Source of the DNA: a virus
Taxonomy: Duplodnaviria; Caudoviricetes
Length of the DNA stretch: 64,000 nt
Strand: one strand, 5' to 3'
Virus record (IMG/VR): IMGVR_UViG_3300043414_000372
Coordinates: 128,001-192,000 of that record
Shown here piece after piece: positions 28,120 to 37,300 of the stretch (its first letter is position 1; every line of letters begins with the position of its first letter). The position numbers were made by a program, and so were the translations under genes. The notes under the pieces were generated by a model. That model did not search any database. It saw nothing but the letters and a program-made list of their open reading frames with translations, and had not been told where the DNA came from.

Positions 28120-29069
28120 TACCAGCCTTCGACTTTTCTTATTACGTCCATTTCTGTTACTAATGGACCGATGTTATATTTATCGGCGTTATAATGTCGT
28201 TTGAAGAACTTGCTTTGATCTTTGGATAGTGTACACATAGGCAAACCAAGTTTATCACTTAATGCTGCACCAATAGATGTTGCTTCAATTTCTGGATCTC
28301 TGTATTCTTGTTCTTCCCAAAGTGTTATATAGTTATCAAACCATTGAACGTTTGCATGGTCCCATTCAGTTAGCATAGTCATATATGTGCCTAGTCTTGC
28401 ACCATATATAGCCCACATTCCATTCTCAACATCAGCTCCTACGTTGTGCCAGATAGTTAAGTTATTTAAATTGCGACTAGCAACAGTTTCTTTAAAAGTG
28501 TCAATATCAGGTCTTGCACCTTTATCAAGCACCATTTTTACTCCTTCTCGGAATCCAGCACGCCACGCTTGAAACGGAGTATAATTAGGATAAGTAGTAG
28601 AATAGCAGTCATACATTGCCCAGTATAAATTATCTTTGCTGTCCATACAGAAATCAGCAATACGTGAAATATCACCCTCTTTTTGATTTTCGTGCGTTTT
28701 CATATCACGCACATAAGTCTTAGTCCAGCTACTCATGCCGCCGTTACCATAACGTAATCCATTAATACTATTAACAGCTTTCCAACGAAACTGCGCTTGC
28801 TTAAATGTTTCATCCTTGCCAGTGAAGTCCAATTGAATGTTAAAGAAACTTTCATCTGGCATATTATCGCCATCAATTAGAATAAAACGTTCTGTATCGC
28901 TAGCTTCGCCCGCAGCTTTGTGTGCCGCGTCACTACCTTTAATGCTATCAACACGTTTGGCCCACGGCACCATGTTTTTAATCTTAAGCCAAAATTCTTC
29001 TTTCTGCGGCTCATCATAACTTAGATAGACACAATCTAAGTCTGCTACATCTACAATATCAGAGTTCAT
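28119..29069 (-). CDS. Glycosyltransferase-like (GT-A) protein
   Basis: DCVYLSYDEP, KRVDSIKGSDAAHKAA and ILIDGDN (DxD). Homologous by eye to the C-terminal domain of the 1-5536 ORF. Confidence 0.65.
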   Translation of the reverse strand: MNSDIVDVADLDCVYLSYDEPQKEEFWLKIKNMVPWAKRVDSIKGSDAAHKAAGEASDTERFILIDGDNMPDESFFNIQLDFTGKDETFKQAQFRWKAVNSINGLRYGNGGMSSWTKTYVRDMKTHENQKEGDISRIADFCMDSKDNLYWAMYDCYSTTYPNYTPFQAWRAGFREGVKMVLDKGARPDIDTFKETVASRNLNNLTIWHNVGADVENGMWAIYGARLGTYMTMLTEWDHANVQWFDNYITLWEEQEYRDPEIEATSIGAALSDKLGLPMCTLSKDQSKFFKRHYNADKYNIGPLVTEMDVIRKVEGW

Positions 29070-29406
29070 ATACGTTTATTTTCCATTTTGTATGTTCTTC
29101 AGTATCATTTACTACAATGCTGATATCTTCTGGGTGACAAGCAATTCCCGAAGTAGAATCAGGCATCAATTTATACACTACTTGATTAGGTCGTGCTTTT
29201 GATATTTTGCCATCTATAACCCTAAGGTCATGCCTTCCTTCAGCAAATGTTTGTGAATCAATTACAATGTAATTGTCCCCGGGAATAGACTTGTCTCCAC
29301 AATAAGAAAGAACTTTTCCATTCTCATCGTAGTATAATCTTAATTCAGGCTTCTCTGCTTTAGGTGCTCCCCAAAGAATAATTACGTCTTGTTCTTGTTC
29401 ACTCAT
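29059..29406 (-). CDS. Hypothetical protein within the GT block
   Basis: 115-aa ORF overlapping both neighbours. No recognisable motif. Confidence 0.7.
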   Translation of the reverse strand: MSEQEQDVIILWGAPKAEKPELRLYYDENGKVLSYCGDKSIPGDNYIVIDSQTFAEGRHDLRVIDGKISKARPNQVVYKLMPDSTSGIACHPEDISIVVNDTEEHTKWKINVYEL

Positions 29407-30143
29407 ATGATTATCTTATCACAAAAATTTTTTATATGATAGTGAAGCGGATACACTTGCGGGATTGTTTGTATTCTAATTTGATCAGGCAAACATTCAT
29501 ACACGAACGTATCAGTCCAGTTCTCAGTCGGAGTATTATTTATATATGACTTCATATGTATCATACTCATTTCAGTAAAGGTAGGCAATATTGTTTTTTC
29601 TATGCCTATAATATGTGAAGCTAACGAATAAACCCAATCAGTTGTTGCCAATTCATCTGGATTACATTTTAGTATTTTCTTATATTCTTCCCAGTTTGTA
29701 AATATTTCTTTAACCAAATTAAAGAATTCTTGTGCTGTATCTGATTTTTTAAAATAAGTTATGGCATTGTACACATCCGGTAAGTCATTGTCATCAATGA
29801 ATCTGCGATAAACTCTCACATTTGATATTTGTTGCTTAAAGTTTCTGATTGTACTTGATACTACAACATCTCTATCCTTAAGTACATCCCACCAATGGTC
29901 TATGTTACGTGGGATATACATATCAGCTTCTAATTTGATTGTGTAATCATATGGACTTGCTTCATATACTTGCCAGTCATTTGCAAACCCACCCAGATCA
30001 CCGTAGGGTAACATATCAGTTGTGATGATAGTTATATTGGCATCAGGCATAACTCGTTTAATACTCATTGCTAATTTTTCAGCACAGTCTATATAGCTTG
30101 TTTTCTCAGTATTCTGAGCCATTATTACAAAACCTTTATTCAC
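29403..30143 (-). CDS. Glycosyltransferase-like (GT-A) protein
   Basis: KGFVIMAQN, ASPYDYTIKLEADMYIP (ExD at the DxD position) and PDVYNAITYF. Confidence 0.6.
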   Translation of the reverse strand: MNKGFVIMAQNTEKTSYIDCAEKLAMSIKRVMPDANITIITTDMLPYGDLGGFANDWQVYEASPYDYTIKLEADMYIPRNIDHWWDVLKDRDVVVSSTIRNFKQQISNVRVYRRFIDDNDLPDVYNAITYFKKSDTAQEFFNLVKEIFTNWEEYKKILKCNPDELATTDWVYSLASHIIGIEKTILPTFTEMSMIHMKSYINNTPTENWTDTFVYECLPDQIRIQTIPQVYPLHYHIKNFCDKIII

Positions 30144-30942
30144 TTATTAGCTCCATAAAGTTATCTTTCATCATCATATGAAAATCTGTATTTTTTATTG
30201 TTATGTATTCTTTACGAATTTTTCCACGATTCCAATGGTCAAACAATACAGTATATTCAGTATTGAATTCATTATCATCATTTCTATATACTTTAGTATT
30301 ATTGCCCACGTGTAATAAATTCCACGGGATGTAATCTTCAATAGGAGAAGTGTGTCCATTTGCTATTCGTGTGGCCAATGTCAATCCATAATCATTGCGA
30401 TAGGTAGAAGAAACAAACCCGTGTATATTTCCATAATGTTGAAAATTGTTTTGCGTCATTTCTAAACAATCAAATATGTTCTTTGCCCGTGTTGTTTTCT
30501 TAAAAGTTATAACAGTAGCCCACAATGTATCAAAGCTATGTATGCTTAATACTTCTTGTGGTAAGTTTGGATGCATCAAAAAACTAGTTTTGTTATGACA
30601 GCAAAAATCTGTAGGTAAATCAAATGTCTTTAGTAACTTATCTGAATTAATCATATAATCTGTATCTAACAAGATAGTTTCATCATATGGACTTAATGCA
30701 TATGCACGATATCTACCTTTATTGAACCACAACCCCCAATCTCTTTTATTAGATTTATCAGCAGGAGCCATAACAATATTATCAAATTGATATGATTGTT
30801 TAACTGGCAACGATTCGCTATCTGTTACTAAGGTAACAGGGAGATCCAAAAAGTGATTTACTCGTTTAGCAGTTGCTACTGCCATGTCATAGTAATTATA
30901 TTTTGGGCTATTGAATGCGAATAACAATGCGCCTCTGCTCAT
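30136..30942 (-). CDS. Glycosyltransferase-like (GT-A) protein
   Basis: RGALLFAFNS, LSPYDETILLDTDYMI (DxD), WATVITF and RNDY. Related to 29403-30143. Confidence 0.65.
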   Translation of the reverse strand: MSRGALLFAFNSPKYNYYDMAVATAKRVNHFLDLPVTLVTDSESLPVKQSYQFDNIVMAPADKSNKRDWGLWFNKGRYRAYALSPYDETILLDTDYMINSDKLLKTFDLPTDFCCHNKTSFLMHPNLPQEVLSIHSFDTLWATVITFKKTTRAKNIFDCLEMTQNNFQHYGNIHGFVSSTYRNDYGLTLATRIANGHTSPIEDYIPWNLLHVGNNTKVYRNDDNEFNTEYTVLFDHWNRGKIRKEYITIKNTDFHMMMKDNFMELISE

Positions 30943-31244
30943 CGTTTACTCTCTAATTCTTTCCATTCATTATACCATTCTTCCATCACAGAACGGTAAG
31001 TGTTACTAAGTTTTATTAGCAACACGTTTCTATCAACCTTTACCGGATTATCAAAATTATCCATTAAGATAACATATTCATCGGTTGAGTAATTTAAGAA
31101 ATTAATAATTTCTGGGTTGGCGCGCCACAGACCATTTTGATCAGCAATAATAAATTTGCTGTCATATTTGTCTTTTAGATATGATTTGGCTGAATTATGA
31201 TTGAAGCGGGCTTTGGCTTCAGTGATTAATGTCTTTGTATCCAT
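30939..31244 (-). CDS. Hypothetical protein, first gene of the 15-gene coupled operon
   Basis: 101-aa ORF with SD AGGAG upstream and an ATGA overlap downstream. Confidence 0.75.
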   Translation of the reverse strand: MDTKTLITEAKARFNHNSAKSYLKDKYDSKFIIADQNGLWRANPEIINFLNYSTDEYVILMDNFDNPVKVDRNVLLIKLSNTYRSVMEEWYNEWKELESKR

Positions 31245-31259
31245 GAGTACTCCTAAGAG

Positions 31260-31266
31260 TATTTAG
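31260..31266 (-). promoter_or_regulatory. Late-promoter-like CTAAATA heading the 17.9-31.2 kb operon
   Basis: Lies in the 45-bp intergenic gap, followed by AGGAG and ATG. Confidence 0.5.
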
Positions 31267-31289
31267 ATGGATACAAAGATGATAGAAAA

Positions 31290-32255
31290 TTATGCTACTA
31301 CGACAGATCCGGCGATAGTAATTGTTCCCCAAGTATTAGCCAAATATGTTGTTTCTGGCGCCTGTGCAGTTACCGTAACGGTTGAACCTGTTCCAACAGT
31401 TAATCCATTAGGAATTTCATCCCATATAGTATACAATGTGATAACACTTCCGGTGTCACCATTAGAACCCTGCGTTCCATTGCTCTTTGCTGTTAAGCTG
31501 ATAAATGTTCCTAAATATCCTGAAGGACCTGTACTAGCTGTTTGCTGAAATACAGTAGCATTAGCTGTAGTTAGCGCAAAGTATCCAGTATTAGTAAGAT
31601 ACGGACTAGGTGTATTTCCGCCGCCACCTACCTTTTGAAAGCCACTATATGTTACTGCTGGACTAGTGCCAATACTTATTGAACCCGATGACGGAGCACT
31701 AGTAACCAATGTACCAACGTTAGATGCTAGCCCATTCAATAACAAATTAATACCGGCGGTAGAGTTAGAATGAGCACAAGTAACTTTTAATTGTCCACCT
31801 GAATTAAAGAAATATCTAGCAGCATCACCGTTAGCAAATGTTACGGTATGCGTAAACGTTGCTATACCACTCCATGTACTTACGGTAGTTGCTGTATTAG
31901 CCGTTGTACTACCTTGACTTGCTGCGTTTAATCTGCCAGTATAAATTGACGTTAAGTTAGTAGGGATATTGGCATTATATTGAATTGAATTTCCTGCTGA
32001 TGGAGCAGTAACACCAGTGATGTTAGTACCCTGATGTAAGTTAGCGTTTGCTGTCTTATTAATTAAGTTAGCCCAATCTACCGCTAAAACTGAATTTCCG
32101 GCTGTCACAGTTGGGACTGCTGTTTGTCCGTAACCCGCAGTTGTTCCTCCAGTAGACCACACTGTGTTTAGTGTACCTGAACTAGTATTGGGATTAGTAC
32201 CTACTAGTCCATTAAAGTCTGTTGCTTGTATTGTATTACCGACTGCGTATGTCAT
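31290..32255 (-). CDS. Putative virion structural (tail/baseplate fibre-associated) protein
   Basis: Thr/Gly/Asn/Ala-rich beta-type composition, N-terminus MTYAVGNTIQATDFN, located in the tail module. Confidence 0.6.
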   Translation of the reverse strand: MTYAVGNTIQATDFNGLVGTNPNTSSGTLNTVWSTGGTTAGYGQTAVPTVTAGNSVLAVDWANLINKTANANLHQGTNITGVTAPSAGNSIQYNANIPTNLTSIYTGRLNAASQGSTTANTATTVSTWSGIATFTHTVTFANGDAARYFFNSGGQLKVTCAHSNSTAGINLLLNGLASNVGTLVTSAPSSGSISIGTSPAVTYSGFQKVGGGGNTPSPYLTNTGYFALTTANATVFQQTASTGPSGYLGTFISLTAKSNGTQGSNGDTGSVITLYTIWDEIPNGLTVGTGSTVTVTAQAPETTYLANTWGTITIAGSVVVA

Positions 32256-32264
32256 TTTTAATCC

Positions 32265-33512
32265 TTATTTAGATACAGTAACAATTGCTAAAACTGTTCC
32301 AATACTAGTTGTTGTTTTGTTTTCCAATGCTCGTCCGATGACATTGAACGCGGTTGCTTCACCAGCTTTAGCGGCACGTGCTATTCCGTTACCTGCGCCG
32401 ACTAGGCGATCACCTTTCTTAATTATACCAGTAGCTTTTACCGGAACACGTCCTGTCATAGCGACCGGTGGGTGAGTAGCATCAGTTCCTGCTCCTGAAT
32501 TCATCAAATAGCCTGCCTGGTCAGAGATAACTCCAAATATATCTTCACTTAATTCATACTTTGCACTAGTAATTTCTTTATCTCCGCCTAATTCAACAAC
32601 TGTACCGGCATCATAATATGCGTCTGCTTCAAAACGTTCTGCCAAGTCAGCGTAAGTTGCATTTAATTTAGAACCAGCAGTTAATGTCCATGTACCAGTA
32701 ATTTGTCCGCCTGTACCATTTGCTCCTGTTGTAAGATTTGCAGTTAATACACTAGAAGGTGCAATTGCTCCTGTAAATCTCGTTACACTATTGCCACCAG
32801 TTAAGTAGTCAGATACATTACCGTTATTATAACTACCTGCAAAACTAATAACATTACCAGTTAAATCATAGAAATAGTTTGGATTGAGTTTCAATCCAAT
32901 TGATCCGCCGCCGGATATAACAAGATTACCGCCAGTGACCCACATACTAGTACCAGCAAGACCGTTAGCAGTACCTGCACCGTTTTGTGTCCAAACACCT
33001 GTTTGAACGCCCGCTGTGCTTTGTGAGCCGGTTGAAATAGATTGAGTATTAAGTGTAGTGATGTTAGCAGTTGTAACGAATGCGTTTGTTACGTTAGCAT
33101 TAGCATTAACTGTCAACATTCTAGTTGTTATAACATCGGCATTTGAATTGTTGGTAGCTGTAATATTGTTCGCTGTAAGATTTCCGGTTACTGATACTGT
33201 TCCAAAAGTTGTTGTTCCGCCACTACCTGATTGTGCTAATGTTATCCAAGAACTTGCGGTTGCACCATCTGTTGGACATACGCATAGTGTGTTTAAATTA
33301 GTATTATACCACAACTGACCCTGCAATGGGTTTGCCGGAGGTTGTGTATTAGCAAAACTTTCCATTATATGAACAAAGTTTGTGTCTAAATATTGTCCGT
33401 AACCGGCATAATTTCTGCCCGGTAATGCTAATGAGGTACTGTTAGTATTAATAGTTCCGTCAGCAATGGTCGTTAATACTTGACCATTAGTTTTTACAAT
33501 TGTATATGCCAT
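32265..33512 (-). CDS. Putative tail fibre protein with C-terminal intramolecular-chaperone-like domain
   Basis: N-terminal PGRNYAGYG...FAN..PP.NP..GQLWYN module. The C-terminal YADLAERF...FGVIS...PVAMTGRVPVK...KKGDRLV resembles Peptidase_G2-type chaperone domains. Confidence 0.65.
   Translation of the reverse strand: MAYTIVKTNGQVLTTIADGTINTNSTSLALPGRNYAGYGQYLDTNFVHIMESFANTQPPANPLQGQLWYNTNLNTLCVCPTDGATASSWITLAQSGSGGTTTFGTVSVTGNLTANNITATNNSNADVITTRMLTVNANANVTNAFVTTANITTLNTQSISTGSQSTAGVQTGVWTQNGAGTANGLAGTSMWVTGGNLVISGGGSIGLKLNPNYFYDLTGNVISFAGSYNNGNVSDYLTGGNSVTRFTGAIAPSSVLTANLTTGANGTGGQITGTWTLTAGSKLNATYADLAERFEADAYYDAGTVVELGGDKEITSAKYELSEDIFGVISDQAGYLMNSGAGTDATHPPVAMTGRVPVKATGIIKKGDRLVGAGNGIARAAKAGEATAFNVIGRALENKTTTSIGTVLAIVTVSK
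32266..32272 (-). promoter_or_regulatory. Late-promoter-like CTAAATA
   Basis: Overlaps the upstream stop, followed by SD AAGGA and the 32255 ATG. Confidence 0.45.
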
Positions 33513-33535
33513 TTTAAAATTACTCCGATATCTGT

Positions 33536-33543
33536 TATTTATC
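33536..33543 (-). promoter_or_regulatory. Late-promoter-like GATAAATA
   Basis: In the 31-bp gap upstream of 33512, followed by GGAG. Confidence 0.5.
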
Positions 33544-34164
33544 TTAAATTGTTACTAAATTCGTTAAACTTTGAATTCTGACTGTATAATCAATCTGAAT
33601 TTGTCTGTTTAGACTCTTTTGGACCGGGTGAAATATTACATGAGTTAGCAATCTAGTAATAACATTTCCGGTAGTATCTGTCCCATACCTAGCTAATAAA
33701 CCCAATTCGTCAAAAATATAAGAACTGTCAGTTTGGGTACTATTGTCAAATGCTGCTTGCCCAGCTGGTTCGCCGTAGTCTAGTAAACATTGTACCAAAA
33801 TATCAGTATAATATTTGCCCGTGGTATGCGTAACAGTCATCTTGTTGCGTGTAGGGTCTAAGTTGAAAACACTAGTATCATCTACAATTTTTGCGTAGGT
33901 TTGATTATACAATGCTGCGTTTTGTCCAGTTACGTTTGGTGGCAAATAAGTAATAACACCGGTGTCAGAAACACTTGCACCGCCGTTACCAAATGCCATT
34001 TCATAGATTTCCCCGTACCCACGACTACTTAATGTATCAGCAATGGCCTCAGACATGGTTTCATAATTTATAGCATTTTTCTTGTCTACAAATATTTCCC
34101 CATTGTTAGGATCATAGATTTTGATAAATCCTTCTACTTTATATGATAATGTTATTACTGACAT
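33544..34164 (-). CDS. Hypothetical protein of the tail module
   Basis: 206 aa, ending FDELGL...THVIFHPVQKSLNRQIQIDYTVRIQ, flanked by structural genes. Confidence 0.7.
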   Translation of the reverse strand: MSVITLSYKVEGFIKIYDPNNGEIFVDKKNAINYETMSEAIADTLSSRGYGEIYEMAFGNGGASVSDTGVITYLPPNVTGQNAALYNQTYAKIVDDTSVFNLDPTRNKMTVTHTTGKYYTDILVQCLLDYGEPAGQAAFDNSTQTDSSYIFDELGLLARYGTDTTGNVITRLLTHVIFHPVQKSLNRQIQIDYTVRIQSLTNLVTI

Positions 34165-34311
34165 TTAGTTATCACCTCGCATTTGAACCAATACTTCTTT
34201 GGTATTTGGGTCGGTTATCTTTATTCCGGACGAAAAGTAAAACCCCACTTGTTCGTTAGGCTTTTTCTCTTGTACAGGTTGTTGTTTAGATTCTTCCAGT
34301 TTTTCGTTCAT
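34165..34311 (-). CDS. 48-aa hypothetical protein (below the track cutoff)
   Basis: Reads MNEKLEESKQQPVQEKKPNEQVGFYFSSGIKITDPNTKEVLVQMRGDN*. Its TAA abuts the next ATG and it fills the gap after a GATAAATA motif. Confidence 0.7.
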   Translation of the reverse strand: MNEKLEESKQQPVQEKKPNEQVGFYFSSGIKITDPNTKEVLVQMRGDN

Positions 34312-34315
34312 ATTT

Positions 34316-34323
34316 TATTTATC
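34316..34323 (-). promoter_or_regulatory. Late-promoter-like GATAAATA
   Basis: Between the giant gene's stop (34326) and the 34311 ATG. Confidence 0.45.
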
Positions 34324-34325
34324 AT

Positions 34326-37300
34326 TTAATTTGTATCGCCTCGCAAGAAGTTTGCACCGTCAGTATCAGCAATTTGTAACGGGTCGCCCTCTGTCGTATT
34401 ATAAACTCCGGGTATTGGATTCCATGTTGAAGCGTATAATACATCTGTCATTCTATTGTTCGGGGTCAATCCGTACCCTTCAGAATAGATCGGGGTATAT
34501 GGCTGGACCCCTGTTCCGCCTGCTCCGCGAGTCAATTTAGAGACTGTATTGTTTGCTAAATCACATTCCCCAAATCCAATCAATTCTCCGTTGTCCATCC
34601 ATACCAATCTTCCTTCAATTGAAGTAATAGTCAATGAATCATTTTCGGCAACTTGTGCTGAAATCTGTAATATTGGTGCAGTATCTACAATAATTATTTT
34701 AAAATTCGCTTGAGATACTTCAACAGAAGTAGTGTTATTGTAAACTACCATGTGGCATATTACATTCTTGTTAGAAGTTAATCCAATATTATATTTACCG
34801 TCAACTTCAGCAGGACAAGTAACATCCTGTACAACAGTATCAGTAATGCGTGAAATATCATTAAAATAAATCATATCATCAGAATATTTCAATTCGTGTA
34901 CTAACCAAGTTCTAGTTTGAGTATTTGCCCTGTAAACTGCTGCTGACCCAGTTTGTCCAACATTCAGCACATAAACTTCTTCATTTGGAGTCGCTGTTGG
35001 CATCATGCTTGTCACAATAACAACATCACCAGTATTAATGGTAGTCAGAATACTCAAGTTGTTGTATGGATTTAATCTTAATGAACTTGATGGAACTCTA
35101 GCACCATTGACAGTTACCCATAATCTATCAACGTTAAATTGTTCAAATTGTGAAACATTGATTGTTATGTTAGAATCAACAGTTGCATCTGTTAATACAA
35201 CTTCTAACTCATTTGGATATCTGTCAGCAGTAATTGTAATTTCTTGTAACCCTTTAGCAAGTCCGGTACCGGTACCTAATCCTGAAGCAGTAAATGTTCC
35301 ACCTACGACAGGTGTTCCGACGTACCCAATAGTATTCCAATCAGTAGTTCCAAGGTACGTTATTTCATATTCATTACCTGAAATAAATTTACCGGCATCA
35401 ATTTCAGGCCTTACTTGTAATAGATAATAGGTAGTTTTTGATAATATACCGCCCAAGATATCATATCCCAATGGTTTATTAAATTCAGTAAATATTATAG
35501 GTGTACCGTTAATTAATGAATCTGTGCTAGCAACTGTGATTCTATTGCCCACTGAAGTTGTAGCAATCGCAGTGGTATCCGCAACGGTGAATAATTCATC
35601 TTCCCAAACATATCCACCTGACACATATGATGATGTATAAGTTACTGGATAATTGGTTGCGTTAAGTGCCGGATTGTATGGTTGCAAATATAAATCAAAT
35701 TCATGTGAATTTATTACATGAACATAATAAAGATTATTATTTAACTGTGTAGAACCAACTACACCGTCAATACGAACTAATTGATCTTCTACTAATCTAT
35801 TAACAATTCCTGTTGTGACTCTGATAGCAGGAACTCCACCCATGTATCCAATAAGACTACCGGATGCATTGATTAGAGTAACAATACCAAATTCATCTAA
35901 TATAGTAAAGTCAGTTGATCCATTCTTAGTACCAATAGTATATACTTTACCAGTTGTATCTATGCCGCCTAAGTTAACAAGTAACGCTGTACCAGTACCC
36001 GAGCCTGGGCCCGTAGCTGTAAATTTTTCACCTACATAAGGATCTGCACTTGCACCAATCGCAGTCCAATCTGTGTTCCCCAAAGAAACAATTTGATACT
36101 GGTTAGAACCAGTTGCAGTATCAAGTGTTCCTGCGGGAGAAACAGGAGCCTTGAATATAATTTCTTGTCCAGATTGTAATGTAGTATTATCATTACATAC
36201 TACATAATATCCTGTTGCAAGAGTACTACCAACAGTTACACTTGTTGCGGGTGAACTAATGTTATTGTTTATATTTGTAATATTAGAAACAGTAAGTCCG
36301 TTAATAATACCTGTCATAGTTCCACTAGCAGTAGTTACTGCAACAGGAGATCCGCCTACTTGAGCAGAGATTTGAAAATCTGTTGAATTTAGTATTGCTG
36401 TTATGAAGTAAGTTTTTCCGGCGACTAATCCACCCAACGTCGGGCTGTTAAATGTCACTGGATAATCAATTTGCAAAGTACTAGTATTAGCCGTTGACAA
36501 ATAATTTAATACTTGATCATACAACACAATTGCAGGACTATCTTCGTCAAATGTTTGAACAGTTGGGGTATCTTGATCGTATGTACCCAAAAAATTTGTT
36601 GTACTTGTTACGGTTATTGAAGATAATGTTCCACTTCCAGTAATATTGTATTGCGTATTAAAGTATTGTCTATCAGTTAAATTATATGATGTAACTGCAA
36701 TAGTTGAACCATCCGCTGGGGGAGGGGTAAACACGATTGTATTTGTGTTAGAATCTATAGTATAAGAAGATTCATTCTGACGTAAACCGTCAATCTCAAC
36801 TATAGAATTATATGGGTTATCTTCACCTACATAATTAGTTAGTGCAAAAGACGCTGATGACCCATCTCCACTGAATGTCTGAACCTGTGGTATTGTGTAA
36901 CCATACTGTATAGGTATAGTTTGTCCAAACAAGGTATAAGATAGATAATCTACAGTATCATTGTAATCCGCGGCAAGCAGTATTGCAGCGGAAATTCCAT
37001 TACTTGCTAAACCAATTGCATAGTCATTTGTTATAAACAATGCTCCGCCGGTCGCATCAGTCAATTCTAATACATCTCCGCCGGCAGTCAATGAAACACT
37101 AAATTCATTGCTATCATATATAGTTTTTATATAATATACTGTGGTTGAATTTAAAACGCCCCCAAATATTGTGTCACTAAACACAATTGGAGTATTTGGA
37201 ATTAAACTGCTTGTAGTAATAGTTGTTATAGTATTTGTGATTGACTTAGTTCTTGTAATAGGTGCAGTAGTACCAAGTATTAATGGAGTTCCGTTGTGAT

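Noticed and set aside
7164-31244. Cluster as a DNA hypermodification pathway
   Set aside because: No thymidylate-synthase/hydroxymethylase, nucleotide kinase, queuosine-pathway or DNA-transferase motifs were recognised, and the late-type promoters and tail linkage favour a virion target. This is not excluded, because such genes could lie outside the window.
5858-31548. Short overlapping opposite-strand or alternate-frame ORFs (e.g. 5858, 6876, 7133, 9677, 11779, 13902, 17279, 19455, 23409, 28387, 31267)
   Set aside because: They lie wholly or largely within well-supported genes and show no recognisable motifs.
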